A DNA stretch of 32,000 bases from Candidatus Altimarinota bacterium (GCA_041659405.1 JBAZYK010000002.1:60001-92000); one strand, 5' to 3'; numbered from the stretch's first letter, positions 1 through 10,170 are shown. Numbers and translations: made by a program. Notes: a model not told the origin generated them from the sequence alone.

Positions 1-717
1 GTTCAGGTAATCTATAATTTCTTCATTCGCCACCGCATAACCGACCCTCAATCCTGCAAGTCCCCAAGCTTTAGAAAAAGTTCTTGTCACAACCAGGTTA
101 GGAAACTGTTTTATTTTTTCAACGATTGATTCGGAACTTGAAAATTCAATATAAGCTTCATCTACCACAACAATTCCTCTAAAAATAAGACAAAGATCTT
201 CAATATCCTCAAGACTTAAAAGATTGCCCGTGGGACTATTTGGAGAACAACAAAAGACCATTTTCGTACGCGCGGTCGCGGTTATATAAAAAGCTTCAAG
301 GTCGAGCTCGAAATCTTCAGTCAAAAAACATGTTTTTGCAAAAATTCCGTTAATTTCTGCAGCAACTCTATACATACCATAGGTTGGCTCAAAAATAATG
401 ATTTCTTCATCCTGATCAACAAAAATTCGCATTAATAGATCAATCACTTCATCAGAGCCAACTCCTACAAAAATATTTTTTGCAGTAAGCTTCAAAAACT
501 TGGCAAGAGCCCGTTTAAGAACTTTAGAATATGGGTCGGGATAACGATTTAAGTTATTATCTTCCGGTAAAGTAACCACACTACCAAAAGGATTTTCGTT
601 CGCATCAAGTAAAACACCTTTTTGATACAGATCGCGGGCACAAGTATATGGCTTAAGCGCACGTATATTTGGCCGGACGAGATCTGAAATTGCTAATTTA
701 TTCATAATATTTTTCAT
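1..717 (-). CDS. hisC: histidinol-phosphate aminotransferase, partial (C-terminus beyond the window)
   Basis: Minus strand reads MKNIMNKLAISDLVRPNIRALKPYTCARDLYQKGVLLDANENPFGS...NRYPDP...FVGVGSDEVIDLLIRIF...EPTYGMYRVAAEINGI...FCCSPNSPTGN, typical of PLP-dependent HisC; directly follows hisD. Start at 717 or 705. Confidence 0.93.
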   Translation of the reverse strand, partial: MKNIMNKLAISDLVRPNIRALKPYTCARDLYQKGVLLDANENPFGSVVTLPEDNNLNRYPDPYSKVLKRALAKFLKLTAKNIFVGVGSDEVIDLLMRIFVDQDEEIIIFEPTYGMYRVAAEINGIFAKTCFLTEDFELDLEAFYITATARTKMVFCCSPNSPTGNLLSLEDIEDLCLIFRGIVVVDEAYIEFSSSESIVEKIKQFPNLVVTRTFSKAWGLAGLRVGYAVANEEIIDYLN

Positions 718-721
718 ATAA

Positions 722-2005
722 TTAAGTTTTAAAACGGATTGAAACCGCATTTTTGTGTGCATCCAAACCTTCGCATTCAGCCAACGTTTCCACAGTTTCT
801 TTTAAATTTCTGATTCCCTGCCTTGAAACTTTTTGAAACTGCAACATTTTGCCAAAAGATTCAGTCGAAAGAGGTGAAAACATTTTTGCAAAGGAGGAGG
901 TTGGAAGCGTGTGATTAGCCCCTGTGGCATAATCTCCAAGTGGTTCCGACGCATATTTACCCAAAAATACAGATCCAGCATTGTTAATTTTTTCCGCTAA
1001 TTGATTCTCGAATTTACAGTCAATTTCCAAATGTTCAGGGGCATATTCATTCGTTAGTTCGATTGCTTCATCAGGATCTTTCACAACAATCACAAAACTT
1101 TTGGCAAAAGACTCATCAATAATCGCCTTACGACTCAGTGAAAGCACTTGAACTTTCATTGCCTCTACGATATTTGCGGCAGTGTTTTCGTCAAATGTCA
1201 CAAGTATGCTTTGCGAATCTGTTCCATGCTCAAGTTGTGAAAGCAAATCAGCGGCAACCCAGGCTGGGTTTGCTTTGTTATCAGCAATAACTTCAACTTC
1301 CGACGGTCCCGCCGGCATATCAATATCAACTTCGCCATATACTAACATTTTTGCAGTGGTCACATATTGGTTCCCAGGACCAAAAATTTTATAAACTTTC
1401 GGTATAGATTCTGTTCCATAAGCCATAGCACCAATAGCCTGGGCCCCACCCACTTTGAAAATTTCAGTAATACCGCACAAATCAGCTGCCACTAAAATTG
1501 CCGGGTTTAATTGCCCATTTTTGGATGCCGGAGCACACATCACGATTTCCTTACATCCAGCCACTTGAGCCGGCACACCAAGCATTAAAACTGTTGAAGG
1601 ATAGGCCGCTTTACCTCCAGGCACATATAAACCGACTTTCTCGATTGGCCTAAATTCGCGCCACACTTTAACCCCTTTTTCAGTTTCAATAATTGGCGAC
1701 CGTTTTTGAAGAGTACTCTTGTGAAATTTCTCAATATTACTCTTGGCTCTTTTAAGAGCTCGCAAGACTTCAAGATCAATCATCTTATAGGCTCTTTTTA
1801 TTTCTTCATTTGTCACTTTAAAATCTTCCAAATCAAATCCATCAAACTTTTTATTAAAGGCACGTAAAGCGCTATCCCCACTTATTTTAATTTCATTCAA
1901 AATCCCAAGCACAACGGCTTTTACATCTTCAGCCTTACTGCGCCCTTTACGAATTTGCTGTAAAATATCCCTCATTGATGATGTGCGAGTATTAAGTATT
2001 TTCAT
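722..2005 (-). CDS. hisD: histidinol dehydrogenase
   Basis: 427 aa with VGLYVPGGKAAYPSTVLMLGVPAQVAGC, GPGNQYVTTAKMLVYG, DMPAGPSEV, SQLEHGTDSQ and NHTLPTS-type motifs; ATGA overlap with hisG. Confidence 0.97.
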   Translation of the reverse strand: MKILNTRTSSMRDILQQIRKGRSKAEDVKAVVLGILNEIKISGDSALRAFNKKFDGFDLEDFKVTNEEIKRAYKMIDLEVLRALKRAKSNIEKFHKSTLQKRSPIIETEKGVKVWREFRPIEKVGLYVPGGKAAYPSTVLMLGVPAQVAGCKEIVMCAPASKNGQLNPAILVAADLCGITEIFKVGGAQAIGAMAYGTESIPKVYKIFGPGNQYVTTAKMLVYGEVDIDMPAGPSEVEVIADNKANPAWVAADLLSQLEHGTDSQSILVTFDENTAANIVEAMKVQVLSLSRKAIIDESFAKSFVIVVKDPDEAIELTNEYAPEHLEIDCKFENQLAEKINNAGSVFLGKYASEPLGDYATGANHTLPTSSFAKMFSPLSTESFGKMLQFQKVSRQGIRNLKETVETLAECEGLDAHKNAVSIRFKT

Positions 2006-2628
2006 GAGAAAGTAGATTGAAGAAATAATGAATCCACGTTTTTTTCGGCCACAGCACTCAAAAATGGAGATCGAATGAATACCGCTTGAGATTCCATGAT
2101 GGTAGCGATGATCTTAAGATTATTTTCACGTAAAGTTCTTCCTGATTGAGTAAGGTCACAGATCGCGTCAGCCAAATTCAAGGCGGGAGCTATTTCAACC
2201 GAACCTTTTAATTTGATAATTGCAGCTTCAATATTTTGCTCTAATAAAAAAGCTTTCAATAAATTAGGATACGTCGTAGCAATTCGTTCACCTTCCAAAT
2301 CTAAAACCGAACGTATTTTGCTTTTTATAGGTACTGCCAGCACCAAAGAGCACGAACTGAACCCGAGTTTTTTTACAATCCTTGAGTTTGTAGACTTTTC
2401 CAATAATACGTTTTCACCCACGATGCCAAAATCAGTGACTCCTTTTTCAACGTACTGCGGAATATCATCGTCACGTAAAAAAACTAAATCAACTGGCGCA
2501 TTGCTACAAGTAGCAACAAATGACCTTTCTTTTTGTGCAAAAATAAGTCCAAGGGATGCCAAAAATTTAAGGCTATCTTCCGACAAACGTCCTTTACTTT
2601 GAACAGCAATGCGAATGTTTTTATTCAT
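2002..2628 (-). CDS. hisG: ATP phosphoribosyltransferase, short form (HisG_S)
   Basis: 208 aa: IRIAVQSKGRLSEDSLKFL...DLVFLRDDDIPQYVEKGVTDFGIVGENVLLE...ADAICDLTQSGRTLRENNL. No C-terminal regulatory domain. TGA stop overlaps hisD start. Confidence 0.95.
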   Translation of the reverse strand: MNKNIRIAVQSKGRLSEDSLKFLASLGLIFAQKERSFVATCSNAPVDLVFLRDDDIPQYVEKGVTDFGIVGENVLLEKSTNSRIVKKLGFSSCSLVLAVPIKSKIRSVLDLEGERIATTYPNLLKAFLLEQNIEAAIIKLKGSVEIAPALNLADAICDLTQSGRTLRENNLKIIATIMESQAVFIRSPFLSAVAEKNVDSLFLQSTFS

Positions 2629-3907
2629 ATCCCTGAATATAAGAAATAAGTTGAGTTAAAGGAATTGTCTTCTGTTTTCCTATCTGTAAAGCCTTGACGC
2701 TAACCGTTTGATTCTTGATTTCTTCAGGCCCACGAAGTACAACAAAAGGAATACGTTTTTTATTCGCATACTTAAGCTGTTTTTGAAGTTTATCGGGTTG
2801 AAAGTAAATTTCGGACCGAATCCCCGCATCGATTAGTAAGTTATATACGCCTAAAGCATCTTCATAGCTTTGGTTATCAAAAAGTGTAACCAAAACATTC
2901 GAATTTAGCTGGACATCTTTAAGTTTTCCCAAATTTTCCAGCACGGTCATTATTCGTTCAAAACCAAAAGATACACCCACTCCCGAAAATTTTTCTTTGC
3001 AAAATAAACCACAAAGATCATCATATCTGCCACCTCCACAAAGAGATCCCAAGTTAATATCATCTCCAATAACTTCAAAAATAATACCGGTATAGTAATC
3101 CAGACCTCGAGCCAATCTTGGATTGAAAAACAAGTATCTTTCAGGAACCTTAAAGCTCTCACAAAGTTGAAGAAGCCTTTTTACTTCACTCACATCATAA
3201 TCAGCCAGTTTGGCTAAAGTAGAATCATTAGTAGCCTCAGGTCTTAAAAGGTCTAACAGTTCCTGAATTTTACTTGCCGAAGGAATCATTTTTGCCAACT
3301 CGATTTTTACATTTTCTTCACCAATTTTGTCGTACTTATCAATAATTCTCAAAATCTCCACGCAAATATTTTCCAGGCCGAGTTTCTTCATAACATCATT
3401 CATCAAACGGCGTGAGTTAATCTGAATTTTTATATTGTTAATGCCAAGTTCAGTAAAAACTTGCCACATCAAACGTGTTAATTCAGCTTCAGCAAGTAAA
3501 TTGGCAGTACCAATAATGTCGATATCACATTGATAAAATTCACGCATTCTACCTTTTTGAGGCTTTTCCGCACGCCACACCCGTTGAATCTGGTAACGCT
3601 TGAAAGGAACAGGTAATACGTTATAATTAGCCGCAAACAGCCTGGCAAACGGAACAGTTTGATCATATGGAAGTGCAATTTTGCGACCACCGTTATCTTC
3701 AAAAGTATAGGTAAGTCGATCCCCTTCTTCTCCATATTTGCCCAAAATCGTTTCAGCATACGAAAGTACAGGAGTTTCAATGGTATCGTAACCGAAACGA
3801 GCAAAAATAATTTTCATTTTGTCCATAACGTAATTTCTTTTTGCCATTTCATCTGGCAAGAAATCACGCGTACCTTTTAAAATCTTTGGTTCAATAATAG
3901 GTTTCAT
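2621..3907 (-). CDS. hisS: histidyl-tRNA synthetase
   Basis: 428 aa with GTRDFLPDE, RVWRAEKPQKGRMREFYQCDIDIIG, ARGLDYYTGIIFE and a C-terminal anticodon-binding domain (NVLVTLFD...VVLRG). Overlaps hisG by 8 nt. Confidence 0.95.
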   Translation of the reverse strand: MKPIIEPKILKGTRDFLPDEMAKRNYVMDKMKIIFARFGYDTIETPVLSYAETILGKYGEEGDRLTYTFEDNGGRKIALPYDQTVPFARLFAANYNVLPVPFKRYQIQRVWRAEKPQKGRMREFYQCDIDIIGTANLLAEAELTRLMWQVFTELGINNIKIQINSRRLMNDVMKKLGLENICVEILRIIDKYDKIGEENVKIELAKMIPSASKIQELLDLLRPEATNDSTLAKLADYDVSEVKRLLQLCESFKVPERYLFFNPRLARGLDYYTGIIFEVIGDDINLGSLCGGGRYDDLCGLFCKEKFSGVGVSFGFERIMTVLENLGKLKDVQLNSNVLVTLFDNQSYEDALGVYNLLIDAGIRSEIYFQPDKLQKQLKYANKKRIPFVVLRGPEEIKNQTVSVKALQIGKQKTIPLTQLISYIQGYE

Positions 3908-4013
3908 AATATGTATAAGTTAAATAGTTATTTTTCAATTTTAGCGCGTAGATACAAAAAATCCCGAAAAGGATGTTCGGGATTTGAATGGGAAGCTAAT
4001 TTGATAAGATGTT

Positions 4014-4322
4014 TTAATGCGAATTTAATCGCTCCAATACCAAACGATAGCCTCCCATTCCGTGATGCAGCCAATGGGCAACCCTTGTTATAGTCGCAGT
4101 ACTGGAACCTGTTTTTTGAGAAATATTTCTATAAGAAATTTTCTTATTAACACACTTTGCCACTTGTAAACGCTCACTTATGGCTTTCAATTCACTATAA
4201 GTACAAATATCTCGAAAGAACTTTCGACATTCGTCGACATTTTTAAGTTTTAAAATAACCTCAAACAACTCATCCATTTCCTTGCTGCTAATTTCTGGTT
4301 CCATATTTACGTGTTTTAACAT
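4014..4322 (-). CDS. TrpR-family regulator, YerC/YecD-like
   Basis: 102 aa; FFRDICTYSELKAISERLQVAKCVNKKISYRNISQKTGSSTATITRVAHWLHHGMGGYRLVLERL matches the TrpR/YerC helix-turn-helix pattern. Internal Met gives alternative start at 4304. Confidence 0.85.
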   Translation of the reverse strand: MLKHVNMEPEISSKEMDELFEVILKLKNVDECRKFFRDICTYSELKAISERLQVAKCVNKKISYRNISQKTGSSTATITRVAHWLHHGMGGYRLVLERLNSH

Positions 4323-4336
4323 GATAATACGCTAAC

Positions 4337-4364
4337 ATATTACTACGCCGAAAAATAAAGTCAA
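4337..4364 (-). promoter_or_regulatory. candidate promoter of the TrpR-like gene, overlapping an imperfect palindrome (4325-4342)
   Basis: Minus strand TTGACT-N16-TAATAT; palindrome TAATATG-TTAG-CGTATTA (6/7 arms) overlaps the -10. Confidence 0.55.
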
Positions 4365-4545
4365 GGAAAAACGCAAACCGAGCCACATCACACCATTTTG
4401 TCAACAATACCCGTCTCTAAAATTTTTCATTTAACACGTCCGTGTGCTATAAATCCAAAGGGCATTATAAACAATTACAGAGAACAGAAAATCGACAAAA
4501 TCCATCGCCTCAATTACTCATTCCTAATTCTTAATTACTAATTAT

Positions 4546-5850
4546 ATGACCCTCGCCTCAAAATATGGAAATGTCTGCGCAGTTTTAGGAGGCCAGTGGG
4601 GTGATGAAGGCAAAGGCAAATTAGTTGATATCCTTGCCAAAGAATACGAGATTGTAGCTCGTGGAACAGGTGGCGCCAATGCCGGCCACACCGTTTACAT
4701 TCCGGATCCAAAAAATCCAACTCAAAAAAAGAAAATCGTTTTCCATTTGATTCCTTCGGGCATTCTTTATCCGCATATTAAAGAGGTAATTGGCAATGGT
4801 TGCGTGGTACACATACCAACTTTATTTGAAGAAATTGAAGTACTCAAACAAAATGACATTCAGGTGGAGGGTCGATTATTCCTTTCTGACAGGGCTCATT
4901 TGGTATTTGAGTACACAAAATTGGTCGACAAAATCCAGGAAGAACGCAAAGGCAGTGGAAAAGTTGGAACAACCGGCCGTGGCATCGGTCCGGCCTATTC
5001 TGACAAGATTAATCGCATCGGCCTGCGGGTTCACGAACTATTAGACATGGTAACTTTTGAGAAAAAATTCCGCGCACGTATCGAAAATCTACAAAAAATG
5101 TATCCGGAACTTCAATATGATTTTGAGGCCGAAATTGAGTACTATAAAAAAATAGTTGATCAGATCAAACCACTTATTATTGATTCCGCCTCTTACCTCA
5201 ATGAACAAATAGCCCAAGGGAAAAAGATTTTATTGGAAGGAGCAAACGCTGCCCTGCTAGATATTGACCACGGGACTTATCCATATGTAACCTCTTCCAA
5301 TGCCACAATTGGCGGACTTGTAGCCGGAGTTGGCATCAGCGCGTTAAAAATGACTTCCGCGATTGGAGTGATGAAAGCATATTGTACCCGTGTTGGCAGT
5401 GGCCCTTTTCCAACTGAACTTGATAATGAAATCGGCAACAAACTTCGTGAAACCGGCGGAGAATATGGCTCAACCACAGGGCGCCCTAGAAGATGTGGCT
5501 GGTTTGACGCTGTTGCTTCCAAATATTCGGTTATGCTTAATGGCTATACCTGCATTAATTTAACAAAATTAGACGTAATGGATGATCTGGATACAGTAAA
5601 AATCGCAACAAAATATCTACATAAAGGCAAAGAATTGACCGCATTCCCCGCCTCAATTGAAATATTATCCGAAGTAGAAGCGGTTTATGAAGAAATGCCA
5701 GGCTGGAAACAATCAATCTCTGAAGCAAGAACCATTAATGATCTTCCGGAAAATGCCAGAAATTATGTTAAAAGACTTCAGGAGGTACTGGGCTGCCCAA
5801 TCGAGTTTGTAGGGGTAGGCATAGGCCGCGAACAGATGGCTTTAAGCTAA
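4546..5850 (+). CDS. purA: adenylosuccinate synthetase
   Basis: 434 aa; GGQWGDEGKGKLVDILA, GGANAGHT, GTTGRGIGPAYSDK, GEYGSTTGRPRRCGWFD motifs. Confidence 0.98.
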   Translation: MTLASKYGNVCAVLGGQWGDEGKGKLVDILAKEYEIVARGTGGANAGHTVYIPDPKNPTQKKKIVFHLIPSGILYPHIKEVIGNGCVVHIPTLFEEIEVLKQNDIQVEGRLFLSDRAHLVFEYTKLVDKIQEERKGSGKVGTTGRGIGPAYSDKINRIGLRVHELLDMVTFEKKFRARIENLQKMYPELQYDFEAEIEYYKKIVDQIKPLIIDSASYLNEQIAQGKKILLEGANAALLDIDHGTYPYVTSSNATIGGLVAGVGISALKMTSAIGVMKAYCTRVGSGPFPTELDNEIGNKLRETGGEYGSTTGRPRRCGWFDAVASKYSVMLNGYTCINLTKLDVMDDLDTVKIATKYLHKGKELTAFPASIEILSEVEAVYEEMPGWKQSISEARTINDLPENARNYVKRLQEVLGCPIEFVGVGIGREQMALS

Positions 5851-5890
5851 TAAATATGCTATAATTAGGCAATTTAAATAAATATTAAAT

Positions 5891-8461
5891 ATGCCTAAGA
5901 AACAACCAAAACCAACTCATCCTTGGGCCAAAAGCGAAACCGAACTTTTTGCCGAATTTAAAACTTCAACAAAAGGCTTACAAGAAAAAAACGCACAGGA
6001 GCGCCTTAAAACATATGGCCTCAATGAAATAACCGGCAAAGGTAAAAAAGCAGGCTGGGAAATTTTAATTGGACAGTTTACCAATCCGCTTATCATTGTC
6101 TTGGTTGCAGCAACCATCATAGCATTCTTTTTAGGTGAGCAAACCGATGCCTACATTATAGTATCCATTGTCATTTTTAATGCGATCCTGGGCTTTGTTC
6201 AAGAATATCGCGCAGAAAAAACAGTAAGAGAATTAAAAAAATTGATATCGCAGGAAGCAACCGTCCTTAGAAATGGTAAAAAGACGGTTATCGATGCCAA
6301 AATGGTAGTCCCGGGAGATATTGTTTATTTAAGAATTGGAGACATTGTCCCGGCCGACATGCGCATTCTGGGGCAAGAGGAAATGACCATTGATGAATCT
6401 TCACTAACCGGAGAATCGCTGCCGGTAATTAAAATAAGCACCGTCACGCCGGAATCCCGAACTTTGCCACAATATCTAAAAAACATGGCCTTTATGGGCT
6501 CACATGTTATGAGCGGGGAAGGTTTTGGTATTGTGATAGGGACAGGTGAACAAACTTTTTTTGGCAAAACAGCTTCTTATCTTAAGGAAGCAGAAACCAT
6601 TTCGGATTTTGAAAAAAGCATCGGAAATTTTAGTAAAATGCTTTTAAAAATAATTTTGGCAATGACTTTGGTCGTTTTTCTGATTAATGCCTTTTTACAA
6701 CACGGGATATTTGAATCTTTTCTTTTTGCGCTGGCATTGGCAGTAGGAATCACCCCGGAGGCCCTTCCAATTATTATTACAATCAGTCTCTCCAAAGGTG
6801 CTCAAAACCTGGCAAAGTCCCACGTAGTGGTTAAAAAACTATCTTCCATAGAAGATCTGGGCAACATGGATATTCTTTGTACGGATAAAACCGGAACACT
6901 TACCGAAGGCAAACTGGCACTGGAAACATATTTAAATGCCGATAATAAAATTGACGAAAAGCTCTTGCTGTACGGAATGCTTTGTAATGAAGCCACCGTT
7001 AATAAAAATAAAGTCGAAGGAAATATCATTGATCGAGCAATTTGGGAGAGCACTCAAAAAGATAAACTTTTAAGCACATACAAGAAAATACAAATACTCG
7101 ACCATAACGAATTTGACTTTAGTCGCAGAAGAATGAGTGTAATAACACAAACAGTTGATGGAAAGAAATTATTAGTTGTTAAAGGAGCCCTGGAATCATT
7201 AATTGATGTTTGTACAAATATAGATATCAACGGGAAATCAAAACCATTTACAAAAAAAACTCGCCAAGATTATCTGAATTTGGTTAATCAATATCGAGAA
7301 AAGGGCTATAGCACAATCGGCATAGCCGTTCGTGATTGGCACAAAGCCGACTCTAATAAAGAAGATGAAAAGAATTTAACAATGCTTGGATTCTTGGCTT
7401 TTGTGGATCCTCCACGTAAAAGTTCAAAATCCGCGCTGGCTGAAATGAAAAAAATGGGCGTTACAGTAAAAGTATTAAGTGGAGACGATCCACTTGTAAC
7501 AAAGGCAATCTGCGAGAAAGTAGGCCTAACCATTGTCGAAAATAAAATATATACCGGCGATGAATTGGACAAATTATCAGACGAAGAATTCGGAAAGGTA
7601 GTAAATAAATATAACGTCTTTGCGCGAATTTCACCTGAGCACAAATATAAAATAGTAAAAACCTTAAATACAGGTGACGACGTAACCGTGGCCTTTATGG
7701 GCGATGGTATCAACGACGCACCGGCCATCAAGGTTGCAGATGTGGGAATTTCAGTAAACACAGCGACCTCAATCGCAAAGGAAGCTGCAGACATTATCTT
7801 AATGGAACAAAGCCTGGAAGTAGTAGTAAACGGCATACGCCAAGGCCGCACTATCTTCACAAACATCACTAAGTACATTTTAAATACAGTGAGTGCCAAC
7901 TATGGAAATATGTTTACAGTTTCATTGTCTTCACTCTTCCTTAAGTTTATTCCGCTGCTCCCATCACAAATTTTGTTAAACAACTTGCTCACAGATACAC
8001 CAATGTTAGCCATAGCAACAGATTCCGTAGACAAAGAAACCCTTAAGAAACCTAAGAAACTTGACTTAAAAATGATTAAAACCTTCATGGTTTTCTTTGG
8101 TCTTTTAAGCACTATTTTCGACATGGCCCTGATTTTAACAATGATTTTCATAGTCAAAGCGGAACCGACCCTGTTCCGCACAGCCTGGTTCCTGGAATCG
8201 GCACTATCGGAAGTAATCGTCACATATGCAATTCGAACAAAGAAGCCATTCTACAAGAGCGTTCCCGGTAAATTTTTAAGCATCATCTCAGTCCTGATTG
8301 TGGCAACATTACTATTCATGATCTATACACCAATCGGCAAAATCTTTGAATTTGAACAACTCAACTCAGGAATTCTGCTTTTAGTTATAACCATCGTCGC
8401 AATGTATTTCATCAGCGCCGAAGTAGTGAAAAAATACTTCTTCAAAAAGTTTGATTTTTAA
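5891..8461 (+). CDS. P-type cation-transporting ATPase, resembling the MgtA-type (P3B) Mg2+ transporters
   Basis: 856 aa; TGES, DILCTDKTGTLT, MGDGINDAPA and TM segments; RRRMSV, LLNNLLTD and WFLESALSEVIVTYAIRTKKPF resemble MgtA/MgtB. Substrate not provable from sequence alone. Confidence 0.9.
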   Translation: MPKKQPKPTHPWAKSETELFAEFKTSTKGLQEKNAQERLKTYGLNEITGKGKKAGWEILIGQFTNPLIIVLVAATIIAFFLGEQTDAYIIVSIVIFNAILGFVQEYRAEKTVRELKKLISQEATVLRNGKKTVIDAKMVVPGDIVYLRIGDIVPADMRILGQEEMTIDESSLTGESLPVIKISTVTPESRTLPQYLKNMAFMGSHVMSGEGFGIVIGTGEQTFFGKTASYLKEAETISDFEKSIGNFSKMLLKIILAMTLVVFLINAFLQHGIFESFLFALALAVGITPEALPIIITISLSKGAQNLAKSHVVVKKLSSIEDLGNMDILCTDKTGTLTEGKLALETYLNADNKIDEKLLLYGMLCNEATVNKNKVEGNIIDRAIWESTQKDKLLSTYKKIQILDHNEFDFSRRRMSVITQTVDGKKLLVVKGALESLIDVCTNIDINGKSKPFTKKTRQDYLNLVNQYREKGYSTIGIAVRDWHKADSNKEDEKNLTMLGFLAFVDPPRKSSKSALAEMKKMGVTVKVLSGDDPLVTKAICEKVGLTIVENKIYTGDELDKLSDEEFGKVVNKYNVFARISPEHKYKIVKTLNTGDDVTVAFMGDGINDAPAIKVADVGISVNTATSIAKEAADIILMEQSLEVVVNGIRQGRTIFTNITKYILNTVSANYGNMFTVSLSSLFLKFIPLLPSQILLNNLLTDTPMLAIATDSVDKETLKKPKKLDLKMIKTFMVFFGLLSTIFDMALILTMIFIVKAEPTLFRTAWFLESALSEVIVTYAIRTKKPFYKSVPGKFLSIISVLIVATLLFMIYTPIGKIFEFEQLNSGILLLVITIVAMYFISAEVVKKYFFKKFDF

Positions 8462-8517
8462 AAAAAAAGCTATAAAAGAGCATGAGCGGAGGAAAGTTTG
8501 AGCAAAATACAAAAAAG

Positions 8518-8638
8518 ATGAGCGAAAAATTCGAAGCAAAGCGTGGATTTTTGAGGATTGGGTCTCGTGGGCCCCAACCGGAAAAAATTCCGCTACTGCG
8601 CAGAATTTTGAGTGAATAACAATATAGGGAAAGAGAGC
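8518..8638 (+). repeat. copy 1 of a ~120 bp repeated element containing a 33-codon ORF (8518-8619)
   Basis: ORF MSEKFEAKRGFLRIGSRGPQPEKIPLLRRILSE*, near-identical to 12494-12595, followed by shared CAATATAGGGAAA-type sequence. Confidence 0.85.
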
Positions 8639-8677
8639 ACCACGAGAGAAAACCGTTAGGTTTGCTTTCGTGAATTT

Positions 8678-8704
8678 AAAAACCTTTTCAGGGAAAAGGG
8701 TTTT
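8678..8704. terminator. candidate bidirectional terminator hairpin
   Basis: aaaaccttttcagggaaaagggtttt, a near-symmetric inverted repeat ending in A/T runs, just 3' of tRNA-Val. Confidence 0.5.
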
Positions 8705-8712
8705 AAGTACTA

Positions 8713-8788
8713 TGGTGGACGCTGTAGGGCTCGAACCTACGACCCTCTCGGTGTAAACGAGATGCTCTACCAGCTGAGCTAAGCGTCC
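8713..8788 (-). tRNA. tRNA-Val(UAC), CCA encoded
   Basis: GGACGCT/AGCGTCC acceptor, anticodon loop TTTACAC in CTCG/CGAG stem, GGTTCGAGC T-loop, 3' ACCA; 76 nt. Upstream TTGAAA-N17-TAACTT. Confidence 0.95.
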
Positions 8789-8896
8789 ATATGAAACAGC
8801 GAGAGAAAAGTTATCACAGGGCTCTATCTATTTCAAGTTAATTTTCATTATTAAGACCGATTTAAAGACTTATTTTGTTAATTTCAGGCCATCCCG

Positions 8897-10159
8897 CTAT
8901 TTCTGGAAAATCGTCAACATAGTAAGTGTTAAAGCCATTCCAACGATAAAAACAATCGAAAGAACAGAAATCACATTCAGCCAAGGACCATTTTTATATT
9001 TTCCCATTAAATTTTCCTTATTTAGAAGGATCAAAATTGCCACAAACAAAATTGGCAACACGAACGTATTCAACATCTGCGACCCTACCAAGATTGGAAT
9101 CAAGGGCAAACCCGGAATAAGAATCACCGCCGCAGTCGAAAATATACTAAAAGTCAAAAGCTTATAAAACGAAGGAGATTCTTTTTTTAGATCCACACGC
9201 CCCTCCCAACCAAAAGCTTCTGTCACAATATACGAAGAAGTCATGGAAACCACCGCCAAACCAAGCAGAGAAGCATTTAAAAGGCCCCAGGCGAAAAGAT
9301 GTTTGGCAAAAGCTCCAGCCAGTGGTTCCAACGCAAGAGCAGCCTGTCCGGCATCCTGAATAACAATTCCATTTTTATAAAGAGTTGCCGCAGTCGCTAT
9401 CACAATGAAGAAAGCGACAAAATTCGTCCAAAAACTGCCAACAAACACATCCGCACGGGCATATTTAAGATGCTCGGCAGCCAAACCCTTATCCACGAAA
9501 TATGACTGTACAAAAAACTGTCCCCAAGCCGTAATTGTAGTACCAATCAACGCCACGGCCGTATAAAAGAAGGTAGGGGTCAATTCAATCGTTGGGATAA
9601 AAGTCCCCTTCAAAACCGCGGACCAATCCGGATGAGCCATAAAGCCAGCCAGGACATAAGAGAAAAACAACAAAGAAGATGTCAAAAATATTTTTTGAAC
9701 AATCTTAAAAGAACCTTTATAAACGATCCACCAAATCAGCAAACTGGCCAACGGAATCGCAATATATCTTGGAACATGATAAACATCGGCAACACTTGAA
9801 ATACCTGCATATTCAGCCAAAATATTTGTCCAGTTGGCAATAAAGGTTATGGCCACAACAAAAGTCGTAATTTTTAATCTAAAATTCTCCCGAATCAAAG
9901 CCGCCAAACCACGGCCGGTAACCAAACCCAAGCGCGCGCCCATTTCTTGAGTAATCGCTAAAATAAAAGTAATCAACAGCAAAATCCAGAGCATTTTGTA
10001 CCCAAAAGATGCCCCAACAACCGAATAAGTTGTTATACCACCGGCATCATTATCGGCAGTCCCGGCAATAATCCCCGGCCCCAAAAGGCCTAAAATCATT
10101 ATGAGCTTAATTTTAAAAGGGGAAACCTTGTGTTTGATTTCATTTTCAAAGCTTTTCAT
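8897..10159 (-). CDS. divergent NRAMP-family divalent metal transporter, probably Mg2+-type
   Basis: 420 aa polytopic; GPGIIAGTADNDAGGITTYS aligns to the NRAMP TM1 GPGxxxxxxxxDPGN motif; TM6 reads GTTITAWGQFFVQS in place of GATVMPHNxxxHS. Confidence 0.85.
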   Translation of the reverse strand: MKSFENEIKHKVSPFKIKLIMILGLLGPGIIAGTADNDAGGITTYSVVGASFGYKMLWILLLITFILAITQEMGARLGLVTGRGLAALIRENFRLKITTFVVAITFIANWTNILAEYAGISSVADVYHVPRYIAIPLASLLIWWIVYKGSFKIVQKIFLTSSLLFFSYVLAGFMAHPDWSAVLKGTFIPTIELTPTFFYTAVALIGTTITAWGQFFVQSYFVDKGLAAEHLKYARADVFVGSFWTNFVAFFIVIATAATLYKNGIVIQDAGQAALALEPLAGAFAKHLFAWGLLNASLLGLAVVSMTSSYIVTEAFGWEGRVDLKKESPSFYKLLTFSIFSTAAVILIPGLPLIPILVGSQMLNTFVLPILFVAILILLNKENLMGKYKNGPWLNVISVLSIVFIVGMALTLTMLTIFQK

Positions 10160-10170
10160 ATCGGAAAAAA

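Noticed and set aside
2002-2005. Possible code 25 (UGA = Gly), as in Gracilibacteria
   Set aside because: TGA is used as a stop at sensible positions, e.g. the hisG/hisD ATGA overlap and the end of the 20749-21570 gene, and no conserved protein needs UGA readthrough.
8549-8572. GTCTCGTGGGC in the repeated element matches part of a Nextera sequencing adapter (as recalled)
   Set aside because: Only 11 nt match, the flanking sequence diverges from the adapter, and both copies continue into shared non-adapter sequence with internal differences. Read-level checking would settle it.
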